Counted from the first letter of the stretch, positions 27,895 through 38,994 are shown. The stretch: DNA of 64,000 nt from an uncultured Lachnospiraceae bacterium (GCA_910586025.1 CAJUIO010000002.1:5951-69950); one strand, 5' to 3'. The notes: generated from the letters alone by a model not told the origin. Program-made: numbers and translations.

Positions 27895-30800
27895 ATGGCC
27901 AAATTGAAGGTACATGAACTTGCAAAGGAATTGGATAAGCAGAGCAAAGAGATAATTGCTTTCTTACAAAATAAAGGAATTGAAGTAAAGGCAGCCCAGA
28001 GCTGTATCGAGGAGGATGCGGCCATGCTTGTCCGCAAGGCCTTTGGAAAGGCCCCGGCTCCCGCAAAGGAGAATGAGGGTCCGGCAAAGACAGGAGCGGA
28101 GAAGAAGCCGTCACAGAAAGCCCCTAAAGCGGAGGCAAAAAAGACAGACAGCCCGTCGGACGCTGCAGCTGCAGGAAACGGCGGGGCTGCGGTAAAAAAC
28201 AGGGAAGACGTGAGAGAAATGGGAAAAGAGACACAAAAGGGCCAGGCTTCCGGTCAGGAGCAGCCGAAGAAGAAAAAGAAAATAATCTTTGTCAGCAATC
28301 CCCATAACAGTAATTTTTCGTCCGGTAACCGGTCGGGAAGCAATGACAGAAGACAAAATCAGAACCAGAATCAGAACCAGAACCGCAGGCAGCAGGGACA
28401 GGGCGGGACGGGACGTTCCGGACAGGGACGGCAGCAGGAGGTGCCTCACAAGATTATAAGGCCCCTTACGGCACCCTCCGTTCCGGACACCATGAAGCCT
28501 GACTTCAAGCAGAATGCCAGAAGGATGGAAAACGAGAGAGTGCGCAGCGCCGCGGCCAAGAAGGAAGCCGATGCGGCAGCGGCAGCTGCCGCGCTTGCGG
28601 CGGCGAATGCCGCTGCCGCAGAAAACAAACCGAAAGCGCCCGCGGCAGGAAATGCGGCCAAGGCGCCGGAAGGAAACCGCAGCGGACAGAGTATGCGCAC
28701 GGGAGCGCCCCGTCAGGGTTCCCAGGGCGGTCAGGAGAACCGGGGGCAGAGAACGCCTTCAAGAGAGGGAAGGTTTCAGAGAAATGAGAGAACTCAGGGA
28801 AATGCTGGCGGCAATCAGGAGCAAAGGAATGGCAGGAACGACTCCAGGGGATCTTCTTATGGTAATCGCCAAGGTGGTTCAAATAACAGGGGTGATTTCC
28901 GCGGCGGCGGGCCTAATCAGAATAATAGCAGACCTGGCGGCGGTGGCGGCCGTCCTGAAAGAGGAAACGGCGGGCAGGACAATCGCTTTAAAAGGCCTGA
29001 CAGGCAGAATAAGAATTTTATACCCGACGCGCCGATTAAGGATACCGAAAAGCACAGGGAGGATGAGAAGCGCAGGAACAATCAGGAGCGCGATAAGAAA
29101 TCCAAGAAGGACTTCATCTACGAAGAGGATGATGTAGCGGTAAAGGGAAAAAACAAGGCCGGCAGATTTATCAAGCCGGAGAAGAAGGCGGAGACCGTGG
29201 TGGAGGAGCAGATCAAGGTGATCACGCTTCCGGATTCCCTGACCATCAAGGAGCTGGCGGATAAGATGAAGCTGCAGCCCTCGGTCATCATCAAAAAGCT
29301 TTTCCTTCAGGGACAGATCGTTACGGTGAACTCGGAGATTTCCTTTGAGGATGCGGAGAATATTGCCATTGAGCACGACATTATCTGCGAGAGAGAGGTA
29401 AAGGTCGATATAATCGAGGAGCTCCTCAAGGAAGAGGAGGATTCGGAGGAAAAGATGCTTCAAAGGCCGCCCGTCATCTGCGTTATGGGCCATGTTGACC
29501 ACGGTAAGACCTCCCTTCTGGACGCTATCCGGAAAACAAATGTCACGGATAAGGAGGCCGGAGGTATTACGCAGCACATAGGTGCGTATACTGTAAATGT
29601 TAACGGTCAGAGCATTACGTTCCTGGATACGCCGGGCCACGAGGCGTTTACCGCCATGCGTATGAGGGGAGCGAATTCCACGGATATTGCGATTCTGGTG
29701 ATTGCCGCGGACGACGGCGTTATGCCTCAGACCGTTGAGGCAATCAACCATGCCAAGGCTGCGGGAATCGAGATCATTGTTGCAGTCAATAAGATCGATA
29801 AGCCCGGTGCCAACATTGACAGGGTAAAGCAGGAGATGACAGAGTATGAGCTGATCCCCGTGGACTGGGGCGGAACCACGGAGTTTGTTCCGGTATCCGC
29901 AAAATCCGGGGAGGGAATCGAGACTCTTCTGGAAACCATTCTGCTGACGGCGGAGATTCTGGAGCTCAAGGCAAACCCGGACCGCCGGGCAAGAGGACTT
30001 GTGATCGAGGCGGAGCTGGATAAGGGACGCGGTTCCGTGGCCACTGTTCTGGTACAGAAGGGTACTCTGCACGTGGGAGACTTCATTTCGGCAGGGGCAA
30101 GCCACGGCAAGGTAAGGGCCATGATCGACGATAAGGGAAGAAGAGTCAAGGAAGCGCTTCCTTCCACGCCGGTTGAAATTCTCGGTCTTTCCGACGTGCC
30201 AAGCGCAGGAGAGGTCTTCATCGCCCATGAGAGCGACAAGGTGGCCAAATCCTATGCGGAAACGTATCTGGCGCAGAACAAGGAAAAGATGCTGGAAGAG
30301 ACCAAGGCAAAGATGTCGCTGGACGATCTGTTTACACAGATTCAGGCCGGAAACCTGAAGGAGCTGAACATTATCGTGAAGGCGGATGTGCAGGGAAGCG
30401 TGGAGGCGGTGAAGCAGAGCCTCATGAAGCTGTCCAACGAGGAGGTCGTGGTGAAGTGCATTCACGGCGGCGTGGGAGCCATCAACGAATCGGATGTCTC
30501 GCTTGCGTCGGCATCCTCGGCTATCATTATCGGCTTCAATGTGCGTCCGGACGCCATGGCAAAGACCATTGCGGAGAGAGAGGGCGTGGATATCAGGCTT
30601 TACCGCGTGATCTATCAGGCCATCGAGGATATTGAGGCGGCCATGAAGGGAATGCTCGATCCCGTCTTTGAGGAAAAGGTAATCGGCCATGCGGAGGTAA
30701 GACAGATTTTCCGTGCTTCCGCAGTTGGAAATATTGCGGGCTCTTACGTGCTTGACGGTGAATTCCACAGAGACTGTAAGGTGCGCATTACAAGAGAAGG

Positions 30801-30963
30801 CGAGCAGATTTATGAAGGCCAGCTTAAATCACTGAAGAGATTCAAGGACGACGTGAAGGAGGTCAGGGCCGGGTTTGAGTGCGGTCTTGTGTTCGAGGGC
30901 TTTGACCAGATGCACGAGCTTGATATCGTGGAAGCTTATATTATGGTGGAGGTTCCCAGGTGA
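27895..30963 (+). CDS. infB: Translation initiation factor IF-2
   Basis: [10 protein letters not shown]-terminus, [18 protein letters not shown]-terminal ECG. Confidence 0.98.
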   Translation: MAKLKVHELAKELDKQSKEIIAFLQNKGIEVKAAQSCIEEDAAMLVRKAFGKAPAPAKENEGPAKTGAEKKPSQKAPKAEAKKTDSPSDAAAAGNGGAAVKNREDVREMGKETQKGQASGQEQPKKKKKIIFVSNPHNSNFSSGNRSGSNDRRQNQNQNQNQNRRQQGQGGTGRSGQGRQQEVPHKIIRPLTAPSVPDTMKPDFKQNARRMENERVRSAAAKKEADAAAAAAALAAANAAAAENKPKAPAAGNAAKAPEGNRSGQSMRTGAPRQGSQGGQENRGQRTPSREGRFQRNERTQGNAGGNQEQRNGRNDSRGSSYGNRQGGSNNRGDFRGGGPNQNNSRPGGGGGRPERGNGGQDNRFKRPDRQNKNFIPDAPIKDTEKHREDEKRRNNQERDKKSKKDFIYEEDDVAVKGKNKAGRFIKPEKKAETVVEEQIKVITLPDSLTIKELADKMKLQPSVIIKKLFLQGQIVTVNSEISFEDAENIAIEHDIICEREVKVDIIEELLKEEEDSEEKMLQRPPVICVMGHVDHGKTSLLDAIRKTNVTDKEAGGITQHIGAYTVNVNGQSITFLDTPGHEAFTAMRMRGANSTDIAILVIAADDGVMPQTVEAINHAKAAGIEIIVAVNKIDKPGANIDRVKQEMTEYELIPVDWGGTTEFVPVSAKSGEGIETLLETILLTAEILELKANPDRRARGLVIEAELDKGRGSVATVLVQKGTLHVGDFISAGASHGKVRAMIDDKGRRVKEALPSTPVEILGLSDVPSAGEVFIAHESDKVAKSYAETYLAQNKEKMLEETKAKMSLDDLFTQIQAGNLKELNIIVKADVQGSVEAVKQSLMKLSNEEVVVKCIHGGVGAINESDVSLASASSAIIIGFNVRPDAMAKTIAEREGVDIRLYRVIYQAIEDIEAAMKGMLDPVFEEKVIGHAEVRQIFRASAVGNIAGSYVLDGEFHRDCKVRITREGEQIYEGQLKSLKRFKDDVKEVRAGFECGLVFEGFDQMHELDIVEAYIMVEVPR
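28354..28383 (+). repeat. In-frame hexamer tandem repeat (CARAAY)x5 encoding (QN)5 in IF-2 linker
   Basis: caaaat cagaac cagaat cagaac cagaac. Confidence 0.8.
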
Positions 30964-31325
30964 GAAAAAACAGTATGAAAAATACCCGTATCAACGGGGA
31001 GGTTCTAAGAGTGCTTGCGGAGATTATAAGGGGGGAGATCAAGGATCCGAGGATCAGCCCCCTGACCAGTGTGGTGGCCGTGGAGGTGGCGCCGGATCTT
31101 AAGACCTGTAAGGCGTGGATCAGCGTTTACGGGGAGGAAGAGGCAAAGGCGGACACGCTCGAAGGGCTGCAGAGTGCGGAGGGCTATATCAGAAGCCAGC
31201 TGGCAAAGAGAATCAATCTGCGGAACACACCCGAGATCCGCTTTATCGTGGACGAATCCATCGCCTACGGTGTGAGAATGTCCAAACTGATAGATGATGT
31301 AGTGAAAAGTGATGAAGAAAATTGA
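30960..31325 (+). CDS. rbfA: Ribosome-binding factor A
   Basis: EIKDPR, V.PDL...[16 protein letters not shown] start overlapping infB stop. Confidence 0.95.
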   Translation: MRKNSMKNTRINGEVLRVLAEIIRGEIKDPRISPLTSVVAVEVAPDLKTCKAWISVYGEEEAKADTLEGLQSAEGYIRSQLAKRINLRNTPEIRFIVDESIAYGVRMSKLIDDVVKSDEEN

Positions 31326-31363
31326 GTCCAGAGTTGCGGGACAGGAAAGAATCGAGGATTGGC

Positions 31364-32341
31364 ATGAATATTTTAGATGAAGTGAAAGAGGCAGGGACCA
31401 TTGGCATCAGCGGGCATGTAAGGCCGGACGGAGATTGTGTGGGTTCTGTTATGGGATTATATCTCTATCTGAAAAAGGCCTGCCCGGGAGCCCGGGTGCA
31501 GGCGATGCTTGAAAAGCCGGCAGACATCTTCTCCTGTATCAGTCAGGTTGAGGAGCTTTGCACTGATTTTGTCCCTGCTGTGGAAAAATTTGATGTTTTT
31601 ATTGCGCTGGATGCGGAGAAATCAAGACTGGGGGAGGCGGAGCGCTTCTTTGACGCTGCGGGAAAGAGGATCAACATTGATCATCATATCAGCAATGCAA
31701 GGGGCAGCGGGGACGTGAACTATATTGTTACGGACGCAAGCTCCACCAGCGAACTTGTCTATGACGTGATAGAGGATAAGGAGGCGCTGGATGCGGATAT
31801 CGCCAAGGCGCTGTACATAGGAATCATCCACGACACGGGAGTATTCCAGTATTCCAATACATCTCCAAAGACACTGAGGGTTGCTGCGGAGCTGATCGGC
31901 TACGGGTTTGATTTTTCGTCCATCATTGACGAGACCTTTTACGAAAAGACATATATCCAGAACCAGATTCTGGGAAGGGCCCTTTTGGAGAGCATTCTCT
32001 TCATGGACGGAAAGTGCCTTGTCAGTATGGTTGACAAAAAGACGCTGGCATTTTACAATGCGTCTCCCCAGGATCTTGAGGGAATCGCAAGCCACCTGCG
32101 GAGCACGAAAGGGGTGGAATGCGCCATCTTTATGTATCAGACGGACAATATGGAATACAAGGTAAGCCTACGCTCCGGCGGGGCGGTGAACGTGGCCGAG
32201 GTAGCCTCCTTCTTTGGCGGCGGCGGACATGTGAAGGCGGCGGGCGTTACCATGCAGGGAACCTTTTACGATATTGTGAACAACCTGTCGGCACAGATTG
32301 ACAAGCAGCTTAAGAAGGGGCAGATATGTACCACGGAATGA
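31364..32341 (+). CDS. nrnA: DHH-family oligoribonuclease/pAp phosphatase
   Basis: H..PDGD, IDHH, DTG.F, SLRS, GGGH..AAG. Confidence 0.92.
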   Translation: MNILDEVKEAGTIGISGHVRPDGDCVGSVMGLYLYLKKACPGARVQAMLEKPADIFSCISQVEELCTDFVPAVEKFDVFIALDAEKSRLGEAERFFDAAGKRINIDHHISNARGSGDVNYIVTDASSTSELVYDVIEDKEALDADIAKALYIGIIHDTGVFQYSNTSPKTLRVAAELIGYGFDFSSIIDETFYEKTYIQNQILGRALLESILFMDGKCLVSMVDKKTLAFYNASPQDLEGIASHLRSTKGVECAIFMYQTDNMEYKVSLRSGGAVNVAEVASFFGGGGHVKAAGVTMQGTFYDIVNNLSAQIDKQLKKGQICTTE

Positions 32342-33225
32342 TCAATGTTTACAAGGAAAAGGGCTTTACCTCCCACGACGTGGTGGCGAAGCTGAGGGGA
32401 ATCTGCAAACAGAAAAAGATCGGACATACAGGAACCCTTGACCCGGATGCGGTTGGGGTTCTTCCTGTCTGTCTGGGCACGGCCACCAAGGTCTGCGACA
32501 TGCTCACGGACAGGGATAAGGAATATATTGCAAGGCTGCGTCTTGGAATCACCACGGACACTCAGGATCTCACGGGAAAAGTGCTCTCTCAGGGGGAGAT
32601 ACGGGTAAGCGCAGAGGGGGCCGCACAGGTGATTTGCGGCTTTAGGGGGGAGCAGCAGCAGATCCCGCCCATGTATTCCGCCCTGAAGGTTAACGGCAAA
32701 AAGCTGTATGAGCTTGCCAGGCAGGGAAAAGAGGTGGAGCGTTCCCCCAGGCCCGTCACGGTACACGAGATAGAGATTCTGGAGGAGGATATACCGGAGT
32801 TCACCATCCGGGTCAGATGCTCAAAGGGAACCTATATCAGAACGCTGTGCCATGATATCGGACAAAGGCTCGGCTGCGGTGCGGCAATGGCATCCCTGAT
32901 AAGGTCCAGGGCGGGGGAGTTTGCCGTAGAGGATTCCCGGACCCTGGGACAGCTCCAGGAGCTTGCGGACCAGGGAAGGCTTATGGAGGCCGTGGTGCCG
33001 GTGGAGAGGCTTTTTGAGGAGCTTCCCTCGGCAACCGCAAAGGAGAGTGCCCAAAAGGCCCTGCAGAACGGAAACCGGCTTGCGGAATCGCAGCTTGCGG
33101 AGCAGGTCAGGGAGAGCAGGATGCGTATGTACAGCCATGAGGGAAGGTTTTACGGCATCTACGGGTACGAGGAGGCAAGTAAGCTTTACTGTCCTGTCAA
33201 GCTTTTTATAAGCGAACAGGAATAA
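32326..33225 (+). CDS. truB: tRNA pseudouridine(55) synthase
   Basis: TSHDVV, GHTGTLDP, PPMYSALK, KGTYIR. Confidence 0.96.
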   Translation: MYHGMINVYKEKGFTSHDVVAKLRGICKQKKIGHTGTLDPDAVGVLPVCLGTATKVCDMLTDRDKEYIARLRLGITTDTQDLTGKVLSQGEIRVSAEGAAQVICGFRGEQQQIPPMYSALKVNGKKLYELARQGKEVERSPRPVTVHEIEILEEDIPEFTIRVRCSKGTYIRTLCHDIGQRLGCGAAMASLIRSRAGEFAVEDSRTLGQLQELADQGRLMEAVVPVERLFEELPSATAKESAQKALQNGNRLAESQLAEQVRESRMRMYSHEGRFYGIYGYEEASKLYCPVKLFISEQE

Positions 33226-33253
33226 GACCAGAATAGGAGAGACTGTTTCATTT

Positions 33254-34171
33254 ATGCAGATAATAAGAGGTACGGCGGAATTTCAGATCGGGGAGGAGAC
33301 TGCGGCCGCCATTGGAAAGTTTGACGGGATTCACAGAGGGCATCAGGCTTTACTGTCGCACATCCTGAGGAAGAAGGAGGAGGGGAAAAGAGCTGCCGTC
33401 TTTACCTTTGACCCTCCCGCTTCCGTTTTTTTTGGCAGGAATGAGAAGGAGCTCACGACCCTTCGGGAAAAGAGAAGCTTTTTTGAGCGTCTTGGAATCG
33501 ACATTCTGATTGAGTTCCCGCTGAATAAGCAGACTGCCGCCATCCCCGCGCAGGAGTTTGTCCGGAGGATTCTGGCCGGCCAGATGAGGACGGTTTACCT
33601 TGCGGCGGGAGAGGATGTGTCCTTTGGGGATAAGGGAATGGGGAACAGGGAGCTTCTCGAGAGGCTTGCCCCCGGATACGGCTGTCAGGTGGAGATTATT
33701 CCCAAGGTTTTTCAGGAGGGGCGCGAGATCAGCTCCTCCTGTGTGCGGGAGGAGGTTTTAAGAGGCCGCATGGAAAACGCCGCCGGTCTTCTTGGGAGAA
33801 GCTACAGCGTAAGCGGCACAGTGGAGCAGGGAAAAAAGCTGGGCCGAAGGCTTGGAATGCCGACCCTGAATCTCTATCCGGACGAGGACAAGCTGCTTCC
33901 CCCGAACGGAGTCTATTTTTCCAGAGTGCTCTTTCAGGAAAAGAGCCTGTACGGCACAACGAATATCGGGACAAAGCCCACGGTGAACGATACCCCCGCG
34001 CTCAGCGTCGAGACGTATCTTTACGATTACGAGGGAGATTTGTACGGGAGGGAAATCACGGTGGAGCTGCTCCATCTGCGGCGTCCCGAGATGAAATTCA
34101 GGGATGTGTCGGAGCTGAGAGAGCAGATGGAGAGAGATATCCGGGCCGGAAGAAACTTCCATAAAATTTGA
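33254..34171 (+). CDS. ribF: Riboflavin kinase / FAD synthetase
   Basis: GKFDGIHRGH, ISSS, G...GRRLG.PT.N, ETY. Confidence 0.95.
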   Translation: MQIIRGTAEFQIGEETAAAIGKFDGIHRGHQALLSHILRKKEEGKRAAVFTFDPPASVFFGRNEKELTTLREKRSFFERLGIDILIEFPLNKQTAAIPAQEFVRRILAGQMRTVYLAAGEDVSFGDKGMGNRELLERLAPGYGCQVEIIPKVFQEGREISSSCVREEVLRGRMENAAGLLGRSYSVSGTVEQGKKLGRRLGMPTLNLYPDEDKLLPPNGVYFSRVLFQEKSLYGTTNIGTKPTVNDTPALSVETYLYDYEGDLYGREITVELLHLRRPEMKFRDVSELREQMERDIRAGRNFHKI

Positions 34172-34173
34172 AT

Positions 34174-34202
34174 TTGACAAAAAAATGTCCTGCTGTTATA
34201 AT
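34174..34202 (+). promoter_or_regulatory. Consensus SigA promoter for NlpC/P60 gene
   Basis: TTGACA-17 nt-TATAAT with extended TG. Confidence 0.8.
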
Positions 34203-34248
34203 GTCCTTAATGATTTTGTAACAAATTCGTAATATATGGAGGGACATT

Positions 34249-35298
34249 TTGAAGAGAGAATTTATATGCGGTATTTGTATATTGGCAGCGGGAACTATGC
34301 TCGGCGCACCCTTAAGCGCAAGGGCGGCTGAGGTTATACAGGAGTCTGTCAGCGAATCGGAGGAGCTGCTGACGGCGGGAGTGAGTGAGATTTTTACGGA
34401 TTCCCTGACAGAGGATGAGTATAAGAATATTGCCAGAGCGGCGGAAGGAGCCAGATGGGGCTACACGGATCTGGGAATCTGCAACGTGGAGGAGAATAAC
34501 CTGAATATCCGCAAGGAGCCCGACGAGAGCGCCTCTCTTGTGGGCAAGCTTCCCAAGAACGCGGCCTGTGAAATTATCAGCTCCGACCAGGGCTGGGCCT
34601 ACATAAAGTCCGGCAAGGTGGAGGGTTATGTGAAGGAAGAATATCTGCTTTCCGGCTTCGGCGCGGAGCAGAAGGGAAAAGAAGTGGCGAGAACCATAGC
34701 GGTATCCTCCGCCAATGCGCTGAATATCAGGGAGACCCCCAGTCTTGAATCGCAGATCGTCACCCAGGTGGCCCAGGGGGAGGAGCTTGAGATTGCGGAA
34801 TTTCTGGACAGCGGCTGGATCAAGGTTTATCTGGATGATGATGAGGTTTTCGTGTCCGGCGATTATGTGGAGGTGAAGTCCGATCTTCCCACGGCGATCA
34901 CCATGACGGAGCTCCTTTACGGACAGGGCGTATCCGATGTGAGAGTGGATCTTTGTCAGTATGCGAAGCAGTTTCTTGGCAATCCCTATGTGTGGGGCGG
35001 GGTCAGCCTGACCAAGGGAGCGGACTGCTCGGGATTCGTACTCAGCGTGTTCAAAAAATACGGAGTGAGCCTTCCTCACTCGTCCAGGGCGCAGGCTAAC
35101 AGCGGGACAAGCATTCAGGCATCCCAGCTTCAGCCCGGAGATCTTGTGTTTTACGCCAAGGGCGGCGTGATCAACCATGTGGCGATCTATATCGGAGGCG
35201 GACAGGTGATTCATGCGAGCAGCCCCAAGACGGGAATCAAGATTTCTTCCTATAATTACAGGACTCCTGCGAAGATGGTGCGGATCCTCCAGGATTAG
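34249..35298 (+). CDS. Secreted SH3-SH3-NlpC/P60 peptidoglycan endopeptidase
   Basis: Signal peptide, two LNIR..P SH3-like modules, PYVWGG, DCSGF, HV.IY.G, IHAS; TTG start. Confidence 0.92.
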   Translation: MKREFICGICILAAGTMLGAPLSARAAEVIQESVSESEELLTAGVSEIFTDSLTEDEYKNIARAAEGARWGYTDLGICNVEENNLNIRKEPDESASLVGKLPKNAACEIISSDQGWAYIKSGKVEGYVKEEYLLSGFGAEQKGKEVARTIAVSSANALNIRETPSLESQIVTQVAQGEELEIAEFLDSGWIKVYLDDDEVFVSGDYVEVKSDLPTAITMTELLYGQGVSDVRVDLCQYAKQFLGNPYVWGGVSLTKGADCSGFVLSVFKKYGVSLPHSSRAQANSGTSIQASQLQPGDLVFYAKGGVINHVAIYIGGGQVIHASSPKTGIKISSYNYRTPAKMVRILQD

Positions 35299-35320
35299 GG
35301 TGTGAGGCTTCATTTTATGC

Positions 35321-35349
35321 TTTACATGTGCGGGAAACTGTGCTATCAT
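35321..35349 (+). promoter_or_regulatory. SigA-type promoter for rpsO
   Basis: TTTACA-17 nt-TATCAT with extended TG. Confidence 0.6.
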
Positions 35350-35359
35350 TGATAAGCAT

Positions 35360-35420
35360 GAGTTCAGCCATGGCTCAGACCTTGGACTCTCCAACCGGGG
35401 CTTGGCTTTTGGCGGTCTAA
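35360..35420 (+). ncRNA. Putative S15 autoregulatory leader (cis-element)
   Basis: GC-rich foldable 5' UTR with small TTGG-ACTCT-CCAA hairpin; S15 leaders are known upstream of rpsO in Firmicutes. Confidence 0.6.
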
Positions 35421-35439
35421 TATAAAGGAGGAGAAATCA

Positions 35440-35706
35440 ATGATTTCAAAGGAAAAGAAAACAGCGATCATGAAAGAGTATGCTACCTGTGAAAACGACA
35501 CGGGTTCACCGGAGGTACAGGTCGCAGTACTGACAGCAAGGATTCAGGAGCTTACAGAGCATTTAAAGCAGCATCCCAAGGACAACCATTCCAGAAGAGG
35601 TATGTTTAAGATGGTTGGTCAAAGACGCGGACTTCTCGATTATCTTAAGAAGAAGGATATTACAAGATACCGTACTTTGATCGAGAGACTGGGACTTAGG
35701 AAATAG
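35440..35706 (+). CDS. rpsO: 30S ribosomal protein S15
   Basis: [27 protein letters not shown]. Confidence 0.98.
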   Translation: MISKEKKTAIMKEYATCENDTGSPEVQVAVLTARIQELTEHLKQHPKDNHSRRGMFKMVGQRRGLLDYLKKKDITRYRTLIERLGLRK

Positions 35707-35723
35707 GATCAGGAAACCAGCAT

Positions 35724-35763
35724 GGGCGGAGTATGCCGAAGGAATTCGGTTCCTCCGCCTTTT
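35724..35763 (+). terminator. Hairpin/terminator between rpsO and pnp
   Basis: GGCGGAG...CCGAA-GGAA-TTCGG...CTCCGCC-TTTT. Confidence 0.6.
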
Positions 35764-35782
35764 AAACGAAAAGGAGAAGAAT

Positions 35783-37873
35783 ATGTACAAGACTTTTAAA
35801 ATGGAGCTGGCAGGCCGCACCTTGACGGTGGATATTGACCGTGTCGGCAAGCAGGCAAGCGGATGCGCCTTCATGCATTATGGAGATACCACGGTATTAT
35901 CCACGGCCACGGCATCCGAAAAACCAAGAGAGGGAATCGACTTTTTCCCGCTCAGCGTGGAATATGAGGAGAAGCTGTATGCGGTGGGAAAGATCCCCGG
36001 CGGCTTTAACAAGAGAGAGGGAAAGGCAAGCGAGAATGCGGTTCTGACCAGCCGCGTGATCGACCGTCCCATGCGTCCCCTGTTCCCCAAGGATTACAGA
36101 AATGACGTGACGCTCAACAATATGGTCATGAGTGTTGACCCGGAGTGCCGTCCGGAGCTGGTAGCCATGCTGGGTGCGGCAATTGCCACCTGCATTTCCG
36201 ACATCCCCTTTGACGGCCCCTGCGCCATGACCCAGGTGGGTATGATCGACGGCGAGCTGGTGATCAATCCCTCCCAGGAGCAGTGGAAGATCGGGGATCT
36301 GAACCTGACCGTGGCATCCACCAGGGAAAAGGTGATCATGATTGAGGCGGGTGCGAATGAAATTCCCGAGGATATTATGATCGGGGCGATCTACAAGGCT
36401 CACGAGATCAATCAGACCATCATCGACTTCATTGATAAAATTGTGGAAGAGACGGGAAAGCCAAAGCATGGGTATACAAGCTGTGCGGTTCCCGAAGAGC
36501 TTTTTGCCGCAATCAGGGATATCGTGCCTCCGGAAGAGATGGAGAAAGCTGTTTTCACGGATGAGAAGCAGGTCCGCGAGGAGAATATCAGGGTAATTAC
36601 CGCAAAGCTGGAAGAAGCTTTTGCGGAAAACGAGGAGTGGCTTGGCCTTCTTGGCGAGGCGATTTATCAGTATGAGAAGAAGACGGTCCGCAAGATGATC
36701 CTGAAGGATCACAAACGCCCTGACGGACGTGAGATCACACAGATCCGTCCTCTTGCGGCTGAAGTTGACATTATTCCCAGGGTGCATGGATCCGCCATGT
36801 TTACCAGGGGGCAGACACAGATCTGCAACGTATGTACACTGGCTCCTCTTTCCGATCAGCAGAGAATAGACGGATTAGACGAGAACGAAGTGAGCAAGCG
36901 TTATATGCATCACTATAATTTCCCTTCCTATTCCGTGGGTGAGACCAAGGTTTCGAGAGGTCCCGGAAGAAGGGAGATCGGTCACGGCGCACTGGCTGAG
37001 AGGGCTCTGATTCCCGTGCTTCCCTCGGAGGAGGAATTCCCCTATGCGATCCGTACCGTGTCCGAGACCTTTGAGTCAAACGGTTCCACATCCATGGCTT
37101 CCACCTGTGCGTCCTGTATGTCCCTGATGGCGGCGGGCGTTCCCATCAAGAAGATGGTGGCAGGTATTTCCTGCGGTCTGGTTACCGGGGATGTGGATGA
37201 TGATTATGTGCTTCTCACCGATATCCAGGGTCTGGAGGATTTCTTCGGAGACATGGATTTCAAGGTGACGGGTACCACTCAGGGAATCACGGCGATCCAG
37301 ATGGATATCAAGATCCATGGTCTCACAAGGGCTATTGTGGAGGGCGCTATCGCAAGATGCCGCGAGGCACGTCTTTTCATCATGGATACCTGCATGAAGC
37401 CCGCCATTGCGGAGCCCCGTCCGGAGGTCGGCCCCTATGCGCCCAAGATCATTTCCGTACAGATTGATCCCGAGAAGATCGGTGACGTGGTGGGACAGAG
37501 AGGCAAGACCATCAACGAGATCATTGCGCGTACCGGCGTGAAGATTGATATCACGGATGACGGTAAGGTTTCCGTGTGCGGTACGGAGGCGGCTATGATG
37601 GACAAGGCTGTGGAATATATTAAGACCATCGTGACGGATTATCAGGAGGGACAGATTTTCCAGGGCATCGTGGTGAGCATCAAGGAGTTCGGAGCCTTTG
37701 TTGAATTTGCACCCGGCAAGGAGGGGATGGTTCACATCTCCAAGATTGCGAGAGAGAGAATCAACCGAGTGGAGGATGTGCTGACTCTGGGCGACAAGGT
37801 AACGGTTGTCTGCCTCGGAAAGGACAAGATGGGCAGAATGAGCTTCTCCATGAAGGATGTGGCACAGAAATAA
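35783..37873 (+). CDS. pnp: Polyribonucleotide nucleotidyltransferase
   Basis: DFFPLSV, GKIPGGF.KREG, RREIGHG, GDMDFK, KH and S1 domains. Confidence 0.98.
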   Translation: MYKTFKMELAGRTLTVDIDRVGKQASGCAFMHYGDTTVLSTATASEKPREGIDFFPLSVEYEEKLYAVGKIPGGFNKREGKASENAVLTSRVIDRPMRPLFPKDYRNDVTLNNMVMSVDPECRPELVAMLGAAIATCISDIPFDGPCAMTQVGMIDGELVINPSQEQWKIGDLNLTVASTREKVIMIEAGANEIPEDIMIGAIYKAHEINQTIIDFIDKIVEETGKPKHGYTSCAVPEELFAAIRDIVPPEEMEKAVFTDEKQVREENIRVITAKLEEAFAENEEWLGLLGEAIYQYEKKTVRKMILKDHKRPDGREITQIRPLAAEVDIIPRVHGSAMFTRGQTQICNVCTLAPLSDQQRIDGLDENEVSKRYMHHYNFPSYSVGETKVSRGPGRREIGHGALAERALIPVLPSEEEFPYAIRTVSETFESNGSTSMASTCASCMSLMAAGVPIKKMVAGISCGLVTGDVDDDYVLLTDIQGLEDFFGDMDFKVTGTTQGITAIQMDIKIHGLTRAIVEGAIARCREARLFIMDTCMKPAIAEPRPEVGPYAPKIISVQIDPEKIGDVVGQRGKTINEIIARTGVKIDITDDGKVSVCGTEAAMMDKAVEYIKTIVTDYQEGQIFQGIVVSIKEFGAFVEFAPGKEGMVHISKIARERINRVEDVLTLGDKVTVVCLGKDKMGRMSFSMKDVAQK

Positions 37874-37892
37874 AAGCGGACAGTAAAATACG

Positions 37893-37941
37893 GCAGGCGT
37901 TTCCGGATGAGAAATCATCCGGAAACGCCTGCTTTTTCTTT
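37893..37941 (+). terminator. Strong intrinsic terminator after pnp
   Basis: 18-bp perfect stem GCAGGCGTTTCCGGATGA-GAAA-TCATCCGGAAACGCCTGC followed by TTTTTCTTT. Confidence 0.9.
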
Positions 37942-37994
37942 GCGCTGAAGATCCCGGATCGCGGCGCGTGAATGGTGATAAAAGAAAGTTTGCG

Positions 37995-38022
37995 GAATAT
38001 CTTCCGGTTTTGGTCATATATT
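37995..38022 (+). promoter_or_regulatory. Putative SigE promoter for spoIIIA operon
   Basis: GAATA...CATATATT resembles the SigE consensus; spoIIIA is SigE-controlled in studied spore formers. Confidence 0.55.
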
Positions 38023-38052
38023 GAGATAAAGGGTTGTACAAGGAGGAAGGGT

Positions 38053-38994
38053 ATGTGCGTGAAAGAGAATCAGATTCTGAATATTTTTCCAAACCGTATC
38101 AGGGAGAGATTTGTTCAGACAGCGTCAAAGATGGACGAACTTCAGGAGATACGACTGCAGGCGGGCGGCCCGGTGAGGGCGCTGTGCGGCGGCAGGGAAT
38201 TCTTTGTGACGGTCCGGGGAGAGTTGACCAGGATTATGGGCGGGAGCTGCTGGTACATGACTCCCGGCGAGATGGAGCAGATCCTGAACCATCTTTGCAG
38301 TTATTCCAGATATGCCCACGAGGAGGACATCCGCCAGGGATTTCTTACGGTTCCGGGCGGACACAGGGTGGGAATTGCGGGACAGGTGCTTCTCGGAGAG
38401 GACGGAAGGATCAGGAACATGAAATATATCCGGTGCATGAATATCAGAATTTCCCATGAGATATGCGGGGCTGCCGATCTTTTAATGCCTCTGATCCACG
38501 AGAACGGGAGGCTGCTCCACACGCTCATCATCTCTCCTCCGGGCTGCGGGAAGACCACCATGCTGCGGGATCTGATCCGTCAGATATCAAACGGGAGCAG
38601 ATGGGCTGCGGGGAAGCAGGTGGGAGTTGTGGACGAGAGATCGGAAATCGGGGGCTCTTATATGGGGATGCCGACCAATGATCTGGGGATACGGACGGAT
38701 CTTTTGGATGCCTGTCCAAAGGACCAGGGAATCATGATGCTGGTGCGGTCCATGGCGCCGGAGGTGATTGCGGTGGACGAGGTTGGCGGTGCCGGGGACA
38801 GGGAGGCGATCCTGCAGGCGCTGCAGTGCGGCTGTGGTCTGATTGCCACCATGCACGGGGAGTCTATGGCGGATGTGACGAGCAGAGGGCTGGACGGCGC
38901 TGTTTTTGAACGGTTCGCCTTTCTGGGAAAGCGTGACGGTAAATGTGCGCTTCTTCTGGTAAGGGGAAGAGGGGGAGCGGAAATTTATGCTTAG
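38053..38994 (+). CDS. spoIIIAA: Stage III sporulation protein AA (ATPase)
   Basis: LQEIRL, GFLTVPGGHRVG, NIRI, SPPGCGKTT.LRD, DERSEI, RSMAPE..AVDE; SD AGGAGG. Confidence 0.95.
   Translation: MCVKENQILNIFPNRIRERFVQTASKMDELQEIRLQAGGPVRALCGGREFFVTVRGELTRIMGGSCWYMTPGEMEQILNHLCSYSRYAHEEDIRQGFLTVPGGHRVGIAGQVLLGEDGRIRNMKYIRCMNIRISHEICGAADLLMPLIHENGRLLHTLIISPPGCGKTTMLRDLIRQISNGSRWAAGKQVGVVDERSEIGGSYMGMPTNDLGIRTDLLDACPKDQGIMMLVRSMAPEVIAVDEVGGAGDREAILQALQCGCGLIATMHGESMADVTSRGLDGAVFERFAFLGKRDGKCALLLVRGRGGAEIYA

Noticed and set aside
28879..30768. 629-aa ORF antisense to infB
   Set aside because: Shadow frame of a conserved gene; no recognisable motifs.
37893..37932. 18-bp inverted repeat as a mobile element end
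   Set aside because: GAAA tetraloop plus T tract directly after pnp is fully explained as a terminator.
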